DNA of 37,079 nt, taken from positions 1-37,079 of the forward strand of contig JAGHCP010000086.1 in assembly GCA_021160415.1 (NCBI GenBank). Reading direction: 5' to 3'. The translations under genes and the position numbers were made by a program. The notes below the pieces were generated by a model that saw only the letters and a program-made list of their open reading frames with translations, made no database searches and was not told the DNA's origin. The stretch comes from Desulfurococcales archaeon (GTDB lineage: Archaea; Thermoproteota; Thermoprotei_A; Sulfolobales; NBVN01). Of this stretch, positions 25,816 through 32,829 are shown piece after piece (within the stretch, counting starts at the first letter, position 1; each line of letters opens with the position of its first letter).

Positions 25816-27204
25816 GATTTTACTGAACTCCTTGATCACGTTCTCAATTATATCTCCAGATATTGCGTTACCCGCAATGATTTCCCTGAAGCCTCCACTG
25901 TCAATCATTCTACATCCTTTGCCATGGATTTTAACTACGTCGACTTCGAGATCGACATATCTCAGGGTTCCGTCGGGAAGGATTTCAGGTGGTGTGTTGA
26001 TATTTATGTAGAGCCCTTTAGAAATGCCGTTGCTTGAGAAATACTCATGCGTTATGTGCCATGAACCCTCAGTGACCCGAGTTATTGAGTAGTCACCAAC
26101 CTCCTTCGGGATTCCTAGGCCGTCATACACCCCCGCTGACTTAATTGTCCTTTTAAGTGTGAGGTGGATTCCGTCCTCAGACTTAACTTCCTTAGGCTGC
26201 ATTCTCCCTAGGAGGACGTTTTTCTTCAGCACTCTCCTGTGATGAACGACTACGTCCTTCCTGCTGGAGAGTCTTTGATGTATCCATTTCCTCACCCATA
26301 CCTCCATCTTATCACTGCTTACATCGGAAGCCACTATGTCAAGGAGATCAACGACGCCTTCACCTTTCTCCTTCAGTGTTCTGAGCATGTGGTGGTAGGG
26401 CGTTGTTGGGGATGCTTCAGCTCTCACAGCATCTAGGAAGCGCTTCGAGGGGTAGGTTAGCTCAATTATATTCATATGTTCCCCGACGTAGATTACTTCG
26501 TTAGGATGTACCTTCTCTAGCAGTGCCGATACCTCCTTAAGCTTAAGAGTGAGGTCTGGGAGCTCTTTAACTATATCGTTAAGGTCTGCTTCGTCAGCGT
26601 TGCTTCTCCACCTAATCGAGTATCCGTCCCGGATTAGTTCTGCTGACACCTCAAGGAGCTTAGCTATTCTATCCTTGTTCCTTATGAAGGAGCTGAAGGA
26701 AACCCCTGAACCGTACCCGACAATGGCGTATTTACCGACAACTCTGACTTTACTGGACACGACTAATCTCTCCCCGGGCTTGACAGGAACCTTAACGACT
26801 GTCACAGGAATTACTTTACCGGGTGTGCAGTCTCTTTCATCAACAAGTACGGCTTTCCCGACCGGTGTGCTAGCAAGGCAGGTATGGTTAGTCCTGCCTA
26901 GGACTTCGGCCTTGAAGCATGAGTACAGCCCTATTCTTGGCCTGTACGTTATCAGTGATGGAATTGTGTCTTCAAGGATATCCGTGATTTTATCGACAGC
27001 TTCTGGGAAGCCCAGGATCAGCATTTGAGATGGATCATCGTCATCGGACTTCACTGTGGCGTCAGCAGGGAGGCCATGTCTCGGATCTATATGTAGCCTC
27101 TCAGCTATTTGTGGGGATACATCAACCAATTCAATACCTGCGTCATTAAGTATCTTTGAAATAGCAGTTGAATAAATCCCCCTAACCCTTACCCTCAGCG
27201 GCAT
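25786..27204 (-). CDS. fau-1: FAU-1 / RNase E-G-like RNA-binding protein (DUF402-containing)
   Basis: 472 aa. N-terminus MPLRVRVRGIYSTAISKILNDAGIELV closely resembles Pyrococcus FAU-1 (RIRGIYATALTKLL...). Confidence 0.7.
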   Translation of the reverse strand: MPLRVRVRGIYSTAISKILNDAGIELVDVSPQIAERLHIDPRHGLPADATVKSDDDDPSQMLILGFPEAVDKITDILEDTIPSLITYRPRIGLYSCFKAEVLGRTNHTCLASTPVGKAVLVDERDCTPGKVIPVTVVKVPVKPGERLVVSSKVRVVGKYAIVGYGSGVSFSSFIRNKDRIAKLLEVSAELIRDGYSIRWRSNADEADLNDIVKELPDLTLKLKEVSALLEKVHPNEVIYVGEHMNIIELTYPSKRFLDAVRAEASPTTPYHHMLRTLKEKGEGVVDLLDIVASDVSSDKMEVWVRKWIHQRLSSRKDVVVHHRRVLKKNVLLGRMQPKEVKSEDGIHLTLKRTIKSAGVYDGLGIPKEVGDYSITRVTEGSWHITHEYFSSNGISKGLYININTPPEILPDGTLRYVDLEVDVVKIHGKGCRMIDSGGFREIIAGNAISGDIIENVIKEFSKILATYCSTAK

Positions 27205-27242
27205 AGTAGCAACATCCTCGCATTAGTGACTCCAGAATCCCT

Positions 27243-27527
27243 TCAGTCCTTAACCGTTGAGAGAACTGCTACGATGCTCCATACTGCTGTTCTTGTATGC
27301 ATAGGCATGTTGGGATCCTGACTGACCTCGTCTAGAATGCTTACGGCATTAGCCGCTCTCACACCCGGTGATAGGGAGGTATCCCTAAGCATCTTCATCG
27401 CCTCTATTGCAGCCCTCCTTATGTTTCTAGGTACGCTTGAGTCACTAATTATTTTCTCAAGCAACATAAGAGCCTGCCTTAATTTAGCTTCATTAAGAGA
27501 TTTCTTATCTGAAGTCGCCTCCGACAT
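27243..27527 (-). CDS. UPF0147-family small helical protein
   Basis: 94 aa. [13 protein letters not shown]...L......S..VRAA.A...LDE.S.DPNMP..TRT..W matches my recollection of the archaeal UPF0147 family. Confidence 0.6.
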   Translation of the reverse strand: MSEATSDKKSLNEAKLRQALMLLEKIISDSSVPRNIRRAAIEAMKMLRDTSLSPGVRAANAVSILDEVSQDPNMPMHTRTAVWSIVAVLSTVKD

Positions 27528-27592
27528 TCTCTCAACCCCACGAAATACCTGCGTGGCCTGCTAATAAATTAGAATTAAGGGGTTAAGAAATA

Positions 27593-28027
27593 ATGACTCT
27601 GAAGCACCAACATTACACGGTGTTGGTATTGGAGGGAGGGCGTGAGGGAAGGAGAGAGGCTCTCAGGAGAATGGCGGAGCTTCTCAGGACGGGGGCTGTT
27701 ATGCTTAATGAGACCTGCCCCATATGTGGGCTGCCCTTATTCCGTTTAAGGAGCGGCGAGGTTGTATGTCCCGTTCACGGACCGGTGAAGGTGGTTAAGT
27801 CGGAGAGCGAAGCCATAGCGGCGACGACGGAGGCTGTTCTAGATGAATTGGAGAAGAGGGTGATTTATGAACTGAGCAAGACCTTGAATGATATCTCCTC
27901 GGGCGACCTAACCTTTCATGAATCATACCTGACGATTAAGGAAGCGCTGGATGTTTTGGAGAGCATACGCAGGATAAAAACCTACAGAGCACCCCCAGGT
28001 AACGTTGGCAGGACATCGAAGAGTTAG
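27593..28027 (+). CDS. UPF0148 / SSSCA1 (autoantigen p27)-like Zn-ribbon protein
   Basis: MAELLRTGAVMLNETCPICGLPLFRLRSGEVVCPVHG is the family-typical ribbon. A helical C-terminus follows. Confidence 0.6.
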   Translation: MTLKHQHYTVLVLEGGREGRREALRRMAELLRTGAVMLNETCPICGLPLFRLRSGEVVCPVHGPVKVVKSESEAIAATTEAVLDELEKRVIYELSKTLNDISSGDLTFHESYLTIKEALDVLESIRRIKTYRAPPGNVGRTSKS

Positions 28028-28045
28028 CCCCTACGGGCATAAGTG

Positions 28046-28155
28046 TGGTGCGGGGGGTGGGATTCGAACCCACGCAGGCCTACGCCATCGGGGTTCTCAC
28101 ACCCCTTTCGGGGGTCCTGAGCCCGACCCCTTTGACCTTGCTCGGGCACCCCCGC
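28046..28155 (-). tRNA. tRNA-Leu (anticodon CAG), class II with long variable arm, 22-nt intron, CCA encoded
   Basis: Reverse complement reads GCGGGGG-TG-CCCGAGCAAGGTCAAAGGGG-TCGGG-CTCAGG[intron]C-CCCGA-TGGCGTAGGCCTGCG-TGGG-TTCGAAT-CCCA-CCCCCGC-A-CCA. Anticodon lies at 28117..28119 (minus strand). Confidence 0.85.
28094..28115 (-). other. tRNA-Leu intron (22 nt, ACCCCCGAAAGGGGUGUGAGAA), consistent with 37/38 placement
   Basis: Central 4-bp helix CUCA/UGAG with bulges GGA and AAC, plus an inner hairpin CCCC-CGAAA-GGGG. The exact junction is ambiguous by 1 nt because of repeated C residues, so position 38 is C or A. Confidence 0.6.
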
Positions 28156-28205
28156 ACAGATCCGTAGATGATGTAATTCTTCGGGGTTATTAGCATTACT
28201 TTACT

Positions 28206-28481
28206 TTAGGGGCCTTCCTCCTCGCTCATTAGGTCCAGGAAAACCTCGTAGAATTCCTCCTTCTCCTGCTCCAGTTCCTCCTTCGTTCTTTTCTTCTCCT
28301 CCCCTTCACTCACCACGGAAGTGGTCCTGACTTTCTGAGCTGTTTCCTTAATTTCGATTTTGTAGTCCCTGTTATTGGTGTTCAAGACTTCTTCGTACCC
28401 GCACTTCGGACACTTAAGAACAGTTTTCTTTCCTTTCCTCACCGGTACCATCATCGTGCCACACTTTGGGCAGAACCTCAT
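28206..28481 (-). CDS. TFS/RpoM N-terminal Zn-ribbon paralogue with acidic C-terminal tail (no C-terminal TFIIS-type ribbon)
   Basis: MRFCPKCGTMMVPVRKGKKTVLKCPKCGY versus TFS in this window, MVEFCPKCGSIMVPRVINGKKVLVCPRCGY. There are only 4 Cys in total, and the C-terminus is EGEEKKRTKEELEQEKEEFYEVFLDLMSEEEGP. Confidence 0.6.
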   Translation of the reverse strand: MRFCPKCGTMMVPVRKGKKTVLKCPKCGYEEVLNTNNRDYKIEIKETAQKVRTTSVVSEGEEKKRTKEELEQEKEEFYEVFLDLMSEEEGP

Positions 28482-28549
28482 ACGGCTTCACAACCAACCA
28501 AACATCGAAGTTAAGTAGGTAAAAAACCTTGCCCCAATGAAATGCGGGA

Positions 28550-28906
28550 TTACTCTCTGAGTAGTTCCTCGAGGACATCTTTAAGCAACTTCTTGCGTGC
28601 TTCAGGAGTCTCCATGGAGGTGTAGAGGAGTGCTTTAATTAATGTCTTAATGGTTTCTCTCAGGCTATCTATCTTCTCCCCTAACTCTCTTACCGCCACG
28701 TTTAGGTTATTGGCATCTAGTTCCATATGGGAAAGTGTGTGAGCGATAGTGTTAAGCAGAAGCACAGTGGTGTCTTCACCACCGCCTAGTTGAATCTGCT
28801 CTTCCTCATGTTCCTCCTCCCCTCCATGAATCTCTTCTTCGATGCTTTGGTAATCCTCTTCACTTTTCGGTAGGGTCATTCGGAACTTCTTTCTTTCCTT
28901 ACTCAT
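28550..28906 (-). CDS. Hypothetical protein, acidic low-complexity N-terminus plus helical C-terminal half
   Basis: 118 aa (EEDYQSIEEEIHGGEEEHEEEQ, then amphipathic helices). No recognisable motif. An alternative start is Met10 (28879). Confidence 0.45.
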   Translation of the reverse strand: MSKERKKFRMTLPKSEEDYQSIEEEIHGGEEEHEEEQIQLGGGEDTTVLLLNTIAHTLSHMELDANNLNVAVRELGEKIDSLRETIKTLIKALLYTSMETPEARKKLLKDVLEELLRE

Positions 28907-29154
28907 ACCCTAAACACCACATAATTAGGGGCGGGATGTATTTTAATGTTCGAAAAAGGCTTCCCCGCGAGTTTCGGTTTGAATCCACTTCTTTGTGTGG
29001 GTCACTCACCGCGAGGTAGGTATGAGGGAGGTGAAACCCGCTAAGTAATTAGGCAGTATAGATAACAGAGCAACACGTGGAGGGAGCTACACGCAGCTCA
29101 TCTTTGCTTCATGGTCAAGTAGTTGGTAGATAAAAGCTTTCAGTGTCTGGTGTC

Positions 29155-29556
29155 CTAATCATCCCCCTCCCTTGGTTTAAGGTCGAGGTCATATGTAATA
29201 CCTTTCATCACTTCCTCGTCAAGCCCTTCAATCACTATGCTTTTACTTAGGTTCTTGTATTTCTCTAGGAGAACGAATAAACGTGCGGCTCTGGGGTATT
29301 CCATGCAGTCAGTCATTATCTCTTCCCCATTCCTTAATTTGGCTTTGACCCTGCTCAAACGAACCTTACCTTCCCACTTGCAGTCTTCAAGGGTAAAATC
29401 CTCAACCATCCCATTAAGGGCGTAGCCCTCTAAATTAAGGACATGTATTTTCTCAACCAACTCATTCTCCCTATCCTTTGTATTCCAGGCGCATATTTTT
29501 AACTTGTTCTTGACACCCCACACATGGTTGTGCGAGGTGAAGATACTATTAATCAC
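29155..29556 (-). CDS. Hypothetical protein (133 aa or shorter)
   Basis: Protein-like composition with no motif recognised. The GTG start at 29556 overlaps the divergent neighbour, so GTG at 29523 or ATG at 29409 (with a TTAATTTA box about 25 nt upstream) are alternatives. Confidence 0.45.
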   Translation of the reverse strand: MINSIFTSHNHVWGVKNKLKICAWNTKDRENELVEKIHVLNLEGYALNGMVEDFTLEDCKWEGKVRLSRVKAKLRNGEEIMTDCMEYPRAARLFVLLEKYKNLSKSIVIEGLDEEVMKGITYDLDLKPREGDD

Positions 29557-31057
29557 TACTCAGGCTGCTGAAGGGATAGTAAAGGAAGTTGTGAGTAAGC
29601 TAAGGATGAATGATCTGAAGTTCGATATTTACCGCTCTAATGCTCAGGTGGCCTGCTTGGCTAGCGTTACTTCTATTGTTGAGGAGTTAAGGCTTTCCAC
29701 TCTGGATCTAAATGAATATGACCTGGTCATAATTCCGGGTTTGATGAGGGGGTCAGCTAAGAAAATAGAGGAAGTTTTTCACGTTCCCGCGGTTAAGGGG
29801 ACTTTATATGCAGGTGATCTGCCTCAAATGATAGAAGCACTCCTGGAAGGTGTTAAGTTCTCCCCTGATGTACCTGCGGACGTTATTCTTAAGGAGAACG
29901 TGATTAGGACTCTGCAGAGAAGGGTTGAGTCAGTAATTAGTAGTAAGGAGCCTCTTTTCTGGTTGGGAAACGTTAAATTCGTTGTTGACCCACCTCCAGT
30001 CATCCTGTTCTATGAGTACATGGTCGAAGATGGAAGTGACCTAGGGCAGCTTTCACATTATTTAAGAACAAACAATGTCGAGGGCGTCATCGTAGGTTGT
30101 GATGTTGAGTGTGGTAGTGCTGACTTAATGGGTGCTGTCAGCAGGTTAAAGAGTGAGGGCTTCATAGTTGGGTTAGATGTTCAAGATTTCCGCTCAGTGC
30201 CTGACGATGTCATCTCTGAGTTAGATATAGTTATGAATGTTGATGAAAACTCACTTCACTGGTTGGGCGGTAAGCTAAGCACTTCTCAGGCGCTAGTGCT
30301 GATTCCAAGCTGTTCGGAAGATGTTCTCAACTCACTCACCAAGGTCGTGAGTGAGGCGTTTAGTATAGGGCTCACAAAGGTTATTGTAGACCCCCTGATT
30401 CGCCCACCTATGTTAGGTTTTTCGGAAAGTATTAAGAGATTCATAGAGTCGAAGAGCTCTATTAAACTGCCTCACCTCTTCGGGATGCCTAACTTTTATG
30501 AATTAGTAGATGCTGACACCTCTGGAGTTATCGCTTCCTTAATGCCCTTATCGTTTGAGCTTGGGGCTTCGGTAGTGTTGTTAACGGAGTCAAGCCATAA
30601 ATCGAGGGGGGCTGTGAAGGAAGCCTTCTTAGCCAGGGAAATGGTTTACAGGGCCTTCGTACGTAAGTCGCCGCCCGTGGATGTGGGAATCGATCTCCTC
30701 ATTGTTAAGGAGAAGGTCAGGAAACATGTACCTCCTCCCCCACTCAATGGCGGAAGAGCCGTCACGGTTTCCTCGTTCAAGCCTTACAGGCTTGACCCGA
30801 AACACTACATTAAGGTATACGTCGATTCTGATGAGAGAGCTATCGTAGTGGATGTTCATGACGCATCTACCCATGAAGTTAAGGCACGCTTCACAGGGAG
30901 TGATCCCTTAAGTGTAGGTAGGGCCGTTGTTGAGGAGTTCAATTTGCCGGCAGATCACGCGTTATACCTCGGTTTCGAGCTGAGTAAAGCTGAAATAGCG
31001 ATGCGGTTGAGGAAAGGCTACGTTCAGGATGAACCTGTGATAACGTTCAGGTATTAA
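29504..31057 (+). CDS. Dihydropteroate synthase-related protein (MJ0107-like: N-terminal DUF domain plus pterin-binding barrel)
   Basis: The N-terminus (VKILLITTQAAEG...YDLVIIPGLMRGSAKKIEE...VKGT.YAGDLP) resembles the archaeal MJ0107 family. 517 aa. The likely real start is TTG 29528 or GTG 29537. Confidence 0.55.
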   Translation: MFLTPHTWLCEVKILLITTQAAEGIVKEVVSKLRMNDLKFDIYRSNAQVACLASVTSIVEELRLSTLDLNEYDLVIIPGLMRGSAKKIEEVFHVPAVKGTLYAGDLPQMIEALLEGVKFSPDVPADVILKENVIRTLQRRVESVISSKEPLFWLGNVKFVVDPPPVILFYEYMVEDGSDLGQLSHYLRTNNVEGVIVGCDVECGSADLMGAVSRLKSEGFIVGLDVQDFRSVPDDVISELDIVMNVDENSLHWLGGKLSTSQALVLIPSCSEDVLNSLTKVVSEAFSIGLTKVIVDPLIRPPMLGFSESIKRFIESKSSIKLPHLFGMPNFYELVDADTSGVIASLMPLSFELGASVVLLTESSHKSRGAVKEAFLAREMVYRAFVRKSPPVDVGIDLLIVKEKVRKHVPPPPLNGGRAVTVSSFKPYRLDPKHYIKVYVDSDERAIVVDVHDASTHEVKARFTGSDPLSVGRAVVEEFNLPADHALYLGFELSKAEIAMRLRKGYVQDEPVITFRY

Positions 31058-31129
31058 AATTTACTCCACGTAGGGATTTCAGAGATAAAACCTTAAATCC
31101 CACCCCCTAAAGGGGTAGGGGGTTCACGG

Positions 31130-31351
31130 ATGCCTGTGATGAGGAGATCTGCATCTGCAAGGAAAGTGATCGGGAGGAAGGTGGTTAACGGGAAGGTTTA
31201 TACTTACGAATATTACACGTTGCCTCTCAACCTCTACCTGCCGAAAGGCATGGTGGAGAAATGGGGGACTGAGTTCATTGTTGAGAGGGATGAGGAATCA
31301 GGTAAGATAATAATTACTTCTAAGAAAGCTTTGGATGGAAGGCAACTATGA
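31130..31351 (+). CDS. Small AbrB/SpoVT-like (swapped-hairpin) DNA-binding protein, putative
   Basis: 73 aa. LYLPKGMVEKWGTEFIVERDEESGKIIITSKK resembles the AbrB-type pattern (compare Sso7c4 ..IKEGDLVKVTFDESEGVVKIQLLK). The N-terminus is basic. Confidence 0.45.
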   Translation: MPVMRRSASARKVIGRKVVNGKVYTYEYYTLPLNLYLPKGMVEKWGTEFIVERDEESGKIIITSKKALDGRQL

Positions 31352-31755
31352 TTCCTTGCTTCGAGGTGAGAGATTCCTCCCTAGTCAAGCCAGAGGTAAG
31401 TACCAGGGAATGTGGTATAGTAGCTTTGAAAGCTCTTCTGCAGTTAATCCCCGCAGGAGCCGTAACAACGTACTGCGATATTGCATGCCTGCTCGGAACC
31501 TCTGCGAGGCAGGTTGGTAGGTTATTGAGGGAGAACGATGAGCCACTAATAGTTCCTTGCCACAGAGTAGTTAGGAGTGATGGGGGGATAGGGGGATATA
31601 CGTTCAGGTCAGCCCCGAATCCAGGCTTCAAAGAGCGTTTGCTTCGGTTGGAGGGAGTTAAATTTTCAGACGGTCGTGTAAGCCTGAGTAGTGTGGTGGA
31701 TCTCTCCCTTAACCTGCTGGGCTCTACCTGTTGTAGGAAGAAAGTATCTCCCTAA
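31348..31755 (+). CDS. MGMT-family protein, stand-alone O6-alkylguanine-DNA alkyltransferase DNA-binding/active-site domain
   Basis: TTYCDIACLLG.SARQVGRLL.....PLIVPCHRVV has the HTH plus an intact PCHRV active-site Cys motif. It lacks the usual N-terminal domain. The start overlaps the upstream stop (ATGA). Confidence 0.75.
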   Translation: MIPCFEVRDSSLVKPEVSTRECGIVALKALLQLIPAGAVTTYCDIACLLGTSARQVGRLLRENDEPLIVPCHRVVRSDGGIGGYTFRSAPNPGFKERLLRLEGVKFSDGRVSLSSVVDLSLNLLGSTCCRKKVSP

Positions 31756-32038
31756 TGCTCCACTCGATTAGTTTAACGTCCTTACTGAGATCTCCTACGA
31801 AGGAGGTCTGCCTTAGTACTTCCTCTCCTCTGTAGTAAAGGGTTATTGCTGATCCGATATCACCTTCCAAGACTGCGATCACAGCCTTAAGCTTCCCTCT
31901 GAAGTAGGTCTCCACTTGCTGAAGCACTTTAGTTAGGAATTCAGTGGTGTCGTCATTGAGGGGGGTTATCCCAACTAACACAACTTCATTGCTGTAAACT
32001 TCATGCTTCACTTCCTTTAGACTCCTTGTCACCTTCAT
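31724..32038 (-). CDS. Hypothetical protein (104 aa)
   Basis: ORF overlapping the end of the 274-aa gene by 38 nt, so the start is possibly downstream. Mixed alpha/beta-looking sequence with no motif recognised. Confidence 0.45.
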   Translation of the reverse strand: MKVTRSLKEVKHEVYSNEVVLVGITPLNDDTTEFLTKVLQQVETYFRGKLKAVIAVLEGDIGSAITLYYRGEEVLRQTSFVGDLSKDVKLIEWSIREILSSYNR

Positions 32039-32825
32039 GTTGCTTATCGCATCTTCTCATTAACTCATCCTTAATTAATTTCTTCTCCTCCTTAGTGAGG
32101 AAGACTTCAACGTCCACGGGGCTTTTCGCATCCCAAGGGAGTTTAATCCCTGAGCCGTTGATGAGCACTGTTTCATGGTTCAGTAGTTTACTGAGTTCCA
32201 CACATGTTAGGACTTGCAGCACCGATGTAAGCTCCTCCCGGAATTTCATGAAGTGCTTAAGTTCTTCCTCACTTAACGTGTTCCCACATACAGCGCATGT
32301 CATGTCAGGCATTACGGAGTTAAAGCCACATCTAGGGCAAGCCGGGGGAAGTACAGGGGTTCTTCTTCTTAACCATGCATTTGCCCACTTACTGCGTAAG
32401 ACCCTTACTAAATCATCCCTTTCAAGCTTCCTAAGGATGGGGTAGATTTTAGGGGCTAAGTTCAGAACTGAGTCACCTATGTTGTAGACAATGAACTCAG
32501 CCTGCTCCTCCGTGAAGGTGTCAAGGTAGGATGCTAGCCTCTCAGCGATCACAGAGTCGAGCAGTTTCTTGTTCCTCGCATATCTTTTCGCTAATGTCTT
32601 CACATTTGTATACGAGGTTAGGGAGCCGTAGAGCTGTATTAATATATCTCCTAAGAGTTCTAGGTACTCCTCCTTGCTTCTGAGGCCCAGCATATCAAGC
32701 CCTGTTATCGCGACGAAGTCCATTATGTATTTATCAAGCCAGGCGTCTATATTGACCTGCCTTTTCTTCTTGCCAGCTTCTTTCCTCTTCGTGGCTTTCT
32801 TCCTGCTTTTCGGTACCTTAACCAC
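32001..32825 (-). CDS. Hypothetical Lys-rich N-terminus / C4 Zn-ribbon protein (274 aa)
   Basis: N-terminus KVPKSRKKATKRKEAGKKKRQ, helical middle, CPRCG-x12-CAVCG ribbon. It starts 4 nt after the stop of the DRG-like GTPase gene. Confidence 0.55.
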   Translation of the reverse strand: MVKVPKSRKKATKRKEAGKKKRQVNIDAWLDKYIMDFVAITGLDMLGLRSKEEYLELLGDILIQLYGSLTSYTNVKTLAKRYARNKKLLDSVIAERLASYLDTFTEEQAEFIVYNIGDSVLNLAPKIYPILRKLERDDLVRVLRSKWANAWLRRRTPVLPPACPRCGFNSVMPDMTCAVCGNTLSEEELKHFMKFREELTSVLQVLTCVELSKLLNHETVLINGSGIKLPWDAKSPVDVEVFLTKEEKKLIKDELMRRCDKQHEGDKESKGSEA

Positions 32826-32829
32826 CTCC

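Noticed and set aside
28550-28906. The acidic-N-terminus 118-aa protein as the crenarchaeal RNAP subunit Rpo13
   Set aside because: Rpo13 has an acidic N-terminus but also a Lys-rich C-terminal tail, which is absent here, and I cannot align the helix-turn-helix core by eye. There is too little evidence to make the call.
28907-29154. Possible C/D-box sRNA, small peptide gene or repeat element in the 248-nt gap
   Set aside because: On the minus strand only a degenerate C-box-like AGATGA and one CTGA occur, in the wrong order and spacing for a C/D RNA. The longest ORFs are 27 to 37 codons with no supporting signals. The repeated CCGCGAG (28965..28971, 29009..29015) and TAATTAGG words are short enough to recur by chance in 250 nt. 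The region is kept only as a low-confidence lead.
31101-31125. C-run/G-run segment (CACCCCCTAAAGGGGTAGGGGGTT) upstream of the AbrB-like ORF as a riboswitch or G-quadruplex
   Set aside because: Only a 4-bp hairpin (CCCC/GGGG) can form and there are only two G-runs. This is more simply a 5' UTR with a G-rich ribosome-binding region.
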